NCBI RefSeq assembly: GCF_009914755.1
Contig: NC_060943.1
Origin: the human T2T-CHM13v2.0 reference genome, Homo sapiens
Direction: 5' to 3' (one strand)
Length of the DNA stretch: 64,000 nt
A program made the translations under genes and the position numbers. Shown here one piece after another: positions 1-21,670 of the stretch; positions within the stretch are counted from its first letter, which is position 1; each line of letters begins with the position of its first letter. The notes beneath the pieces are model-generated. The model was not told the origin of the DNA and ran no database searches. It worked only from the letters and a program-made list of their open reading frames with translations.

Positions 1-422
1 TGTGGTCAGAATGTCACCTTCCCATGAGCCCACAAGGAAAAGCATCTGTGTTTCGCTAGTTCCTGTCACACTTTAATCTATTTCTGTATAGATTATATGT
101 CCCTTGCTAGATTGAGAGAAACTTAACTAGGGCTTTCTAATCACTTCATTTCTCCCAAGTATTAGCACAGAATCATTGATATTCCTGGCATTAATAAATG
201 CTTAATATTTTACCTAAAAATTCTATACTTGGGAAGTTATCAATAAACGAAACCTAGAAAAGTGCAAAATTTAGTGAACACAAGAATATATCACAGAACA
301 GTTACATGACAGATGACTGCACTACCATTAACAGCTATGACCAAACATTTTAAGTAAAAAGGAAAGATATACGTGACGAATTACTACGTAAGGGGGCAGG
401 TCTTTAAAAGAACCTATAATTT

Positions 423-1305
<883 letters not shown>

Positions 1306-1819
1306 TGCAGCTATGCTTATAGATGCCTGTGATGTGACTCTTGATAAGTGGATTTTTAGAAAGTCACCAAATGAAGAAACAGAGAGCACACTGGAGAAGA
1401 GCTCAAGTGAAGCCAGACTGCCTGGTTTGCACTCCAGTTCTGCTGTGCACCAGCTTGGGCAAGTTACTTCACATCTTTGTGTTAAATATTCTAGCACATG
1501 AATGGAGAAGAATGTTTCTAGTTCTTTCCATTTGGGAGGCACAGATTGTTTGTAAGGTCATATCTATGGTTAAACCAGGCATCTTTTTAGGCCACAGATG
1601 TATACCTTTGAAGTCAGAATAAATTCTACACCTCTTTCAGGAAAAAAATTTTCAAGGGATTTGTGGCCAATATATGAAGTAAATGACCTGCAGATTAAAA
1701 ACTCCTGTTCTATACTACTTGAGTGTCTAGCTCTTTTTCTTATTTGCAAATATCTATCACAATTAATTTTATATTTTTGTTTTCCCTGATCCATAGATAA
1801 CTTAGTACAAAATATAATC

Positions 1820-1975
1820 GTAACAGTTCATGTATTAATAAATTGAATATACTTTATGTGCCAATATACCTAAGGGCTTTACATGTATCAATTTAGTCAT
1901 TCTAACAAACCTACAGGTGAGTGCTATCATTCCCTCCATTTTACAGATGAGGAAACTGAGATGCAGAGAATTACA
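1820..1975 (-). mobile_element. MIR SINE fragment
   Basis: Core CCATTTTACAGATGAGGAAACTGAG. Confidence 0.7.
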
Positions 1976-2195
1976 TTTCTCTAGAACACAGATATTAAGG
2001 TCCCCACATGGCCTAGGAGGTGCTTGAGTAAAAAAAGAAAAGCATACCGCCTTTTATGGTCCAGGTAGATATATGGCCTAAAACAAATCATGCTGGCAAA
2101 TCTCAAGCCAAACTTGATCATTATAACAAAGTGGAAAGTGCATTTCCGAGAAAAAACAAACAAGTAGTTAACAGAAGAAAGAAATCTCCCCTCAC

Positions 2196-2252
2196 CTTGA
2201 ACATGGCTTTTACATCCACAATAGCCATGCTTCCCTGCTCCTCAGGGCACCT
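2196..2252 (-). other. Candidate pre-KRAB exon encoding MAIVDVKAMFK (phase-0 donor)
   Basis: Acceptor tgtgtttttccag|A, agcATGG Kozak context, donor AAG|gtgagg. Confidence 0.5.
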
Positions 2253-2563
2253 CTGGAAAAACACAGACTGGAGAAGGAGAATGGAATTAGGAGAAACCAG
2301 TTTTGTGTCAATATAAACTGAGGCCTGTTCTCCAGGTCCTCTGCCTGTGTACACAGATAGAAGTCAGAGAGAGACCAGCATCTTTTACTTATCTTTGTGT
2401 CAAAAAGAAAAGTCAGGATGGAAGCTACCTGGAGCTGCCACTTCTCAGCGGTCTCAGATACCTAACTGAGATAGTCCAGGCATGGTAGGGCTTCTAGGAA
2501 GTGTAATTTTCTCCACAGAGCTTCCAGAAGGATTCATGACAAGGGAATTCCGATTTCTGGTGA

Positions 2564-3532
<969 letters not shown>

Positions 3533-3704
3533 TGATTTCAGGTCCTACGGCCTCTGTAAACTATAAACTCATGCACATAGCACATAACAACTCTATCCAA
3601 ACTCCTATGGTAAGAGACTTGCCCAAATTCTAGAATAGCTTCCAGCATTTTAAGACCATGTTCCTAGGCTGACCCCAGTCCCCCTTAAAATGCCTGCCTG
3701 ACAA

Positions 3705-3943
3705 CAGACGCTTGAAGGCAGCATGCTCGTTAAGAGTCATCACCACTCCCTAATCTTAAGTACCCAGGGACACAAACACTGCGGAAGGCCGAAGGCCGCA
3801 GGGTCCTCTGCCTAGGAAAACCAGAGACCTTTGTTCACTTGTTTATCTGCTGACCTTCCCTCCACTATTGTCCTATGACCCTGCCAAATCCCCCTCTGCG
3901 AGAAACACCCAAGAATGATCAATAAAAAAAAAAAAAAAAAAAA
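3705..3943 (+). mobile_element. 5'-truncated SVA (SINE-R 3' end plus poly-A)
   Basis: GCTTGAAGGCAGCATGCTCGTTAAGAGTCATCACCACTCCC...GAAACACCCAAGAATGATCAATAAA followed by an A-tail. 18-bp TSD AAAATGCCTGCCTGACAA (3687-3704 and 3940-3957) at a TT|AAAA site. Confidence 0.92.
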
Positions 3944-4055
3944 TGCCTGCCTGACAAAGTTTAATGCTGCCTGGAGAATTTACTATTTGTTCCAGCTAAA
4001 AACCTAGCGGTAGGCAGACAGGCCCCTAAACTCCCTTTTAAAAGTAACTGTTTTT

Positions 4056-7052
<2,997 letters not shown>

Positions 7053-7273
7053 TTAAATTTACGTGCAGTCAATGTTTTGAAATACTTGGAGGATCTTTGA
7101 GAGAAGCATAGGCTTCTTTACATCCCAAAGACATTGTGGCCTGGGGAAACTGGAACAAATTAGCCGAATGAATCTGGTACTAGGCTCACTGAGGAATGGT
7201 GAAGCCTTAAAAGGCTCCAGGACTTCTCTGAACGAAGGTTTGCTTTTCAGAAAGTGGAGTTATAGCGCCTTAC

Positions 7274-7371
7274 CTGGAATCTTGAACCCCAAATTATGAT
7301 CTCTCCACGGTAGTCAACGGAGCTTCATAAATTATTCCTTAATCCGAGGCTTCTCAAATCTGTTGTGTTCC
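7274..7371 (-). other. ZNF781: Candidate second non-coding exon (98 nt)
   Basis: Acceptor tttattctgttgtttag|G and donor CAG|gtaagg. Confidence 0.5.
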
Positions 7372-7599
7372 CTAAACAACAGAATAAATGCCTACTCTGA
7401 GGGTCTGACACAAAAGCAGGAGTCCCACAAAATAAGTTCCTTTAAAATATTTCTTCTTGTATTTAAAAGTCACACTGATTTGGTGTTCTATACAATAATA
7501 AATTTATCTTTTACACAGAAATCCTGTTTTATAGTATTTATTAGATCAATTATTTAGCCTTTTCCAAATTTTCGAGTAAACTGACGTCCTGGAAGAAGC

Positions 7600-8290
7600 A
7601 CCCTTATTTTCACCATTTTACAGTCGAAGAAGGGAAGATAAGAGGCGGTGAATCCGAGACTTTCATTCAGGTGACGATCCCTCGCGGGCACTCACTCTCG
7701 CTCACACTACAATCAGATCCTCCATGCGGCTTTCATATACTCTGTCACACTCGCAGCCAGAATCCCCTCGGATGGACTCTTGCAAACCTCCAGCCCCATC
7801 CCGGGATCCGTGCGTCTTCTACAGCCACCACTTGGGCCAGCGTCCAGGACGCCCAAGCGTAACCTCCCCACTCTAAACCGTTAGGAATCAGTGGCTGGAC
7901 TCACCGCGTCATAAAAGCATAAACTGTGACCCGATGAGTCCGCGCACTCGGAAAACAAGAGAACGCCCCCACGTCTCCGGGCGCAGCTTGTGCCAGCGAC
8001 TACTAGGTCAGGGGGCGCAGCTGAGAGAATTCAAGCAACCTCCCCGCAACCGGTTCCGCCGCGTTTGTGGGCTGGTAGCCCGGCATACATTTCCCAGAGG
8101 CCTTCGCGGCCGACGTGCTTCGCGCAGGAACGCAGCCGCCTCCCGACTGGAGGACGCGGTAGCGGAGCTGCTCAAAGCGAGGTGCTCAGCCCTGGGAGGC
8201 TCAGGGCTGCCCGAGGGGCTTAGTCCCAGAGCCAGTGCTGTCAGGGGCTGAGCATGTGAATAGGGCAGTCGGAAGACCATGTGTGTCTGT
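7600..8290 (-). promoter_or_regulatory. ZNF781: CpG island and promoter with non-coding first exon (about 7905-8050) of the next ZNF gene
   Basis: CpG-rich block, strong minus-strand donor GCG|gtgagt at 7905/7904, ZNF143-like CATACATTTCCCAGAGGC at about 8084-8101. The gene name comes from cluster order only. Confidence 0.7.
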
Positions 8291-8466
8291 GGCTTTTAAA
8301 TACACCCCGAACGTCTATCTCTTTTAACTGGAGTATTTAATTTATTTACATTTAATATAGCCACTGATAGATTTAAAGCTGCCATTTTATTATATTTTCT
8401 TTTTTTTTTTTAGTGCTAAATACACAGGCTTTTATTTTCTTCATATTCAATCTTTTTGTGAATTTA

Positions 8467-8800
<334 letters not shown>

Positions 8801-8834
8801 TTAATACCCTAAAGATAATGAGACAAACGTGCAT

Positions 8835-8915
8835 TTGTGGAACTGCATGTCAATCAGGCCAGTTCCCTGCAGAGGGAACTCCCAGCATGACCTCAGTCAT
8901 CTGTGAGGACACAGA
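8835..8915 (-). promoter_or_regulatory. Degenerate type-II SECIS element of the SELENOK retrocopy
   Basis: Minus strand reads C-UGA, stem GGUCAUGCUGG, GAG, mini-stem UUCCC-ucugca-GGGAA, stem CUGGCCUGAUU, GA. Confidence 0.75.
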
Positions 8916-9364
8916 GCAGTCCTTGTTTAGACACACACTTTCATCTACTGCTGCAGCATGGTCAGCACTCCACTTCTTGATGGTTTCCTTCTGCTATGAA
9001 TATGCATGTCCAGTTGCTTCTTAGAGCAGACACCTTCCTCATCCACCAGCCATTGGAGGAGGACTGGGGCCACCCAGATGATTGATTGGACCCATTCTTC
9101 CAGGAGGGTTTCCTGGTGGCCCTCTTCCATCGTCATCGTATCTGAAATCAGATGAGTTTCCATAGCTTCTTCTTTTTTTCAAATCTTGCCGAAGCAGAGT
9201 TTTGAAAAACAAAACCACAAACTCAGCTATTCCCCAGAAGAAATCTGTTATCAAAGATAATCTCCATGGAGACTGACTCCAGTTGTCCAACACTTGTGCG
9301 TTTGAGATGTAAACCATCTTGCCCCCATTCCCTGCTTCGGAGCCTTATTTATTACTTTTTAAAA

Positions 9365-11966
<2,602 letters not shown>

Positions 11967-12119
11967 TGAAAGCCCTCTTATGGTTTTTACTTATTATCTG
12001 TTTACCCAGAATGAATTCAAATTTAAAAAGCATAAAACTTTTTTGAATTCATTAAACTTGAATGGTTAATGGTTTTCATTTCGTCAAAATGCACTAAAAA
12101 TAACACAAGTAATGATATT

Positions 12120-13789
12120 ATTATATACAGAAGCTAATGTTTATTGAACGTAACAGTATATTTCATGTAGTTTCCCATAATTTTTTCATGTACTAACTCA
12201 TGTAATTCTTTGTTTTTTAGAGATCTGAAGTGATTTTACCTTTACTTCCTTCACTTTAAGCCAATCATGAAATTTCAGTGATTTCTGGGGTGAGGGCGAA
12301 AGGTGGTGTTACGAATCATCGGGGCTGTGGCCCAGTTGCCTCACGGAGGTGCAGGTAGGCTGGGGCCTCACTAGGGCAGCTGGAGGAGCACGGACTGCCC
12401 TGCCGGCAGGCAGGTGATGTTCCGAGAGCATGAGAGCTGGTATGCAATGTCTTCTGCAGCTTCCAGCTTGCACAGCTCGCTCTGGCCGTCCCCTGCAGTG
12501 GCCAGTGAGTTGGCGATCAGCTCAGCTGCCTTGGAGTCACCCTCAGCAGAGATGATGGCCGCCTTTTCCACCACAAATCTGGCGCTCTCTGCTTCCTGGG
12601 GGGCCACCTGTCTGTTAACTCCTTCAAGAAGGTCAGATGTGTCAAAGACACGTTGTCCAGAATGAGCCCAAAGGTGGCTGCTCACTCCATAAGGTTGTTG
12701 CTCACCTGGCTGGAGACCAGCTCCCTCTGGGTGATTAGTTCTCCAGCATCAAAGCGAGCCACCAGTGACTTGAGGATCTCCGTGGTAATGAACGGCAGCA
12801 CACACTCATCGTAGTCCTCTCCAATGCTGGTGAAGATGCGAGGAAGCTGGCTAGTGATGGGCCGGAAGAGGATGCACAGTGTGATGTTGACATTCTGTAA
12901 ATCTTTGCTACCAGTGATGACTGGCGCACTACGTGGTTGAGAACAGCAGTCAAAGATAATTGGTTTTTGTACACATGGGATGAGAAAGTGAGTCCCTTCC
13001 CCTACCACAATGTTCTGTACTCCACGGAATTGGTCAAAGATGGCAGCTCTGTGCCCAGCATCCACATTACATAAGGCAGAGGTCACCATGCCTCCTGCAA
13101 CAGCTAAGGCCAGGCCAAACTTGCCGATGGACTCAAACACTTTGGCAGCCATGTTTTCTTCTGCGGGACCCTCTCACACCTGCTTCCACTCTGACCTCCA
13201 CATCTAACTCATGTAATTCTAACAGCACTATACTGTAGGTACTACTATCATCATTTATATATGATCCCCAGAAGGGATAAATATCTTCCCCCATATCATC
13301 CCAGCTATAGGAAGCAGATGTTGATCATGAGCATTAAATATGCAGAGTGGCTAAATAGCCTTTCCCATCATCGCTTATATCAACAGAGGTTTCCTGTGTA
13401 ATGGCTTTTTCCAGGTTTAACAATAAATGATTGTTGCTGGAAGATGTTTACATGCAAGTATAAAGAATGGTTTCCTACGTTTTCTCAGTTTTCCTCTACT
13501 ATGAATATTTTGGCAATCCAAAACTAGAGGAATATCAGAAAAGTTTTCTTATGTTATTAAAAAAATACATTATAAATTCTCTGAATCTGAGTTAACACAG
13601 GTCATACCAAAGAAACTGCATATATGATTTACATTTTGAAAAGTTCACACCAATACAAATTGATGCCTAATAAAAACTGAACTGTATCTCAAAGCCATTC
13701 CACATTGTCTTCATTCAAATTGTTCAGTGGGATAAATCCATTGACACAATGTGCTTTCTTTACTACCTGTATATGCCACAATTTCTCTA
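12120..13789 (-). other. ZNF607: Probable ZNF607 3'UTR, containing the PHB1 retrocopy
   Basis: The first canonical minus-strand AATAAA I could find by eye after the stop is at 12140-12145, followed by a GU/U-rich downstream element. Confidence 0.65.
12210..13203 (-). pseudogene. Prohibitin-1 (PHB1) processed pseudogene, full length with short 3'UTR
   Basis: ORF 12682-13152 [21 protein letters not shown]... ends at a premature TGA; the C-terminal part is in another frame (12371-12685). Poly(A) remnant at about 12210-12219. Perfect 17-bp TSD CTAACTCATGTAATTCT at 12193-12209 and 13204-13220. Confidence 0.96.
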
Positions 13790-15645
13790 TCAAATATGAA
13801 TTCTCTGATGTACTTCAAGGATGGATCTAAGCCTAAAGGACCTTCTGCATTTGTTACATTTAAAGGGTTTCTCACCAGTATGAACTCTATGATGTATACT
13901 AAGTTCATGGCTACTATTAAAAGCTTTCCCACACTCTTCACACATATAGGGATTTCCATCAGCATGAACGCTTTCATGTCTAACAAGATATGAGGCACAG
14001 TGAAATGCCTTCCCACATCTTTTACATTCATAGGGTTTATCACTGGTATGAATTCTCTCATGAATAATAAGATGTGAAGCATGACTAAAAGTTTCCCCAC
14101 ATTCTTTACATTCATAGGACTTTTCACCAGCATGAGTTCGGTCATGATATATGAGGCTTGTGGCATGACGAAAGGCCTTGCCACATTCCTTACATTCGTA
14201 GGGTTTCTCAGCGCTATGAATATTCTGATGGGCTTTAAGTACAGAAATGAACCTAAAAGACTTCCCGCATTTGTTGCATTCAAAGGGTCTCTTACCACTG
14301 TGAATACTCAGATGCTGAGTAAGTTGTCCAGATACACTAAAGGCCTTCCCACATTCCTTACATTCATAAGGTTTCTCACCAGTATGAACTCTGCGATGTA
14401 TAGTGAGTTTATGGCTATAACTAAAACCCTTCCCACACTCTTGACATACATAGGGTTTCTCTCCCGTATGAATTCTCTCATGTATAACAAGATATGAGGC
14501 ACAACGAAAGGACTTCCCACATTCTTTACATTCAAAGGGTTTGTAACCAGTATGAATTCTGTTATGATGGGCAAGGTGTGCACGCTGACTGAAGGCCTTC
14601 CCACATTCCTTACATTTGTAGGGTTTCTCACCGGTATGAATATTTTGATGTATTTTAAGGGATGAATTGAGCCTAAAGGACTTCCCACATTTGTTACATT
14701 CATAGGGTTTCTTACCACTATGAATACCCTGATGTCGAGTAAGTCGTCCATGCACACTAAAGGCTTTCCCACATTCCTCACACTTATAAGGTTTCTCAAC
14801 ACTTTCAAATGTATGAGGTGCAGTAAGTTGATGGCCACTACTAAAAGCCTCCCCATTTTCTTTACATTCATAGTGTTTCTCCCCTGAATAAATTCTCTGA
14901 TGCATGGTAAGTTGATACCTACATGTAAAGCCCTTCCCGCATTCCTTGCATTCATAGGGTTTTTCTCCAGTATGAATTCTTTTATGACCCACAAGGTGGG
15001 AAAACTGACGAAAGGCCTTTCCACATTCCTTACATTCATGTGGCTTCTCTCCAGTATGAATACTCTGATGTACTTTAAGGCCTGCTTTGAGCCTAAAGGA
15101 CTTCCCACATTTGTTACATTCAAAGGGCTTCTCACCAGTGTGAATACTCTGATGTCGACTAAGTCGTCCATACACACTAAAGGCCTTGCCACATTCCTTA
15201 CATTCGTAGGGTTTCTCACCATAATGAAATCTATGATGTACAGTAAGTTGACGGCTAGTCCTAAAAGCTTCCCCACACTCTTTACATTCATAGGGTTTCT
15301 CAACATGAACTTTCCCATGTTGAGCAAGGTTTGCAGGATAACTGAAGACCTTCCCACATTCTTCACATTCATAAGGTTTCTCACGAGCATTAATTTTCTG
15401 ATGCTTTCTAAGGTCTGTAAGATGGCTAAATGCCTTCCTAAACTTTTCACATTGATCAGGTTCCTCACTAGTATGAATTGTTTGATGTACCATGAGTTCT
15501 GTAAGATGACTAAAGGACTTCTGACATTGCTTACACTCATATGGTTTCTGTCCATTATGAATTCTCTGATGGAGAGTAACACATGAGTGTTTCCTATAAA
15601 GCTGCATTTTCCCATCGCTGATTATTTCACATCTTGAATCCAAAT
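13790..15645 (-). CDS. ZNF607: ZNF607 terminal coding exon: C2H2 array of 21 finger units (18 intact, 3 degenerate)
   Basis: The 617-aa ORF is made of C-x2-C-x12-H-x3-H units with TGEKPY linkers. Acceptor ttttatgtcttctag|AT at 15646/15645 (phase 1). Stop TGA at 13790-13792, followed by TAG. Protein recognised as ZNF607. Confidence 0.93.
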
Positions 15646-17001
15646 CTAGAAGACATAAAATAAAAACATTTTATTGGATGAGAAAATGTCAATGTATTGT
15701 AGAATTAAGAGAAATTCTCACCTATTACAGATGCTAACTCGAAAATACAGTTATAAAATATAAAAAATGAAAGGAGAGCTAAAAAAATGAGTTTGTGCAG
15801 TGGAATGCAGCCTTACACACACAGGCACACATACACAAAGAGACACACACACACACAGAGCCCTGTTTTGTAGTGTTTGCCAAGATCTCTGGTGTAAATA
15901 CTCCCACTGAGGGCAATTTCTAGCTGTCAATTTAATGCAGATTTATTAATATATGTGCATAACTGGCTCTAGAATGACAGAACTGACCAGCTGTACCACA
16001 CCCCCTGTATATAAATTTATATCATATGCTAAGAATACAGGCAAGTATCGATATGGAAATAGAAGAGTAAAATGGAAGAATTCCAGCAGATTGAACATCT
16101 GTAGGACCAGAAGTAATAAGAAAATGTCAGGGTAAGATAACTAAATAGAAACTCAGTATCTTATTTAATATATAGAGAAAAGTAGGATACACGGTCATGC
16201 ATAGAAAGGAATAAACTACAGTTTCGGGAACACCCATATTTCAGGGAAGATTTTCATTGAAGAATGATCAGGTTTACAGCATATGTCGATGTGATATACA
16301 TGGAAATTATAACATAAAGGGTAAGGAAATCATGACGGAGAAAATGGGTACACATCATAATCATGGGCATTCAGTATCGGCAGGCAGGGAGTTCAGAGTG
16401 AATATTTATCTCAATAAAAAGGAAAGAAAATAAGTAAAAGATCACTACCCAACATTTAGGAATTTAAGAGCAAGGTACAGGAAAGCAGGAAAATAAAGAT
16501 AAAAGCAGAATGTGATGGGTTAGGAAACGGAATAGTGTCAACACCTAAATCAAAGACATGGTGTTTACAAAAATCATCGGGTGAAATATGAGCTAAAGCA
16601 ACCAAAAAAGAATAAAAAATAAAAATAAGAAACAAGGGAAAATAAGAAAGAGATTTTATTTAAATTATGAGAGTATATATACATATTTTGAAAGTATTAA
16701 AAACAGTGAATGATTTTGTAGGAATATTCTTCAAAGATGACCCTAAAAGTGAAAAGTCTAAATAGTCAATTGTCATAGATGAAATACAAAAAGCTGCTAA
16801 AAAGACAGTTAATATGAGCACATTTTACCCCCTATCTTGTAATTTCTCAATATCTGAATTTTTAAAATATGCACATAAGATATTCCAGAGAAACAATTCA
16901 GGAAGGGAACAGGTAACATGAACCTGAAAATATAATTAAAAAAAGAAAGGAAGTCTTCAAAGACTTAGAGTTGTGAGTAAACAAAACAATAAAAATAGTA
17001 G

Positions 17002-17479
17002 TGTTGAATATGAATTCTAAATTTCTCTTCAAAGAATTAATCTATCAGTATGTTCAATCTTTGCCTTCTACATTTAAACTTAACTTCCTCTAAAGCAACC
17101 TTTTTCGATTACCTACTCCACCCTAAATCATTCTGATCACCTGCTCCACCCTAACTCATTCCAGTTACCTACTACCTGCTCTGCCCTGACTCCCGCCAAA
17201 GCGCTCACCCTGTCATTCTCTTTAAATTAGCCAATCAGAATTAGTTTAGCCTGTGCGGTCTAACCCTAGCCAATAGGGGAACGACACAGCAGCAGGGGAC
17301 ACGTGCGTCAGGGATAAGAACCCCTTCCCCTCCCTTGTCCAAATGTGTGCCCACCATTGCTCCATCGGTGAAAGCGCACACTTCTATACAAGTACCTTAC
17401 CTTGCTGAAAATTTAAAAAAAAGAAAATTTTATATTCGAGTGCTATTTCTTTTGCAGCATCGAAACTTTATTTATAACA
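17002..17479 (+). mobile_element. LTR10F-like (HERV-I) solo LTR in the last intron of ZNF607
   Basis: TG...CA ends, 4-bp TSD GTAG (16998-17001 and 17480-17483), twin CCAAT boxes, and close similarity to the recalled LTR10F consensus. Confidence 0.85.
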
Positions 17480-17519
17480 GTAGCATACCCAGGTTTGGAG
17501 CCAGGCTCAATGGCTAATG

Positions 17520-21670
<4,151 letters not shown>

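Noticed and set aside
7934-8280. GC-rich ORFs over the ZNF781 CpG island (likewise at 35301-35872)
   Set aside because: Stop-poor because of GC content, with no recognisable protein features.
9021-9032. CaaX prenylation motif at the extended SELENOK copy C-terminus
   Set aside because: Cys is third from the end (CLL), not fourth.
12371-13152. Intact prohibitin paralogue via UGA recoding
   Set aside because: A downstream frameshift and an in-frame deletion prevent a full-length protein even with readthrough.
14081-15586. Plus-strand ORFs antisense to the ZNF607 fingers (138 and 228 aa)
   Set aside because: A common by-product of C2H2 codon periodicity.
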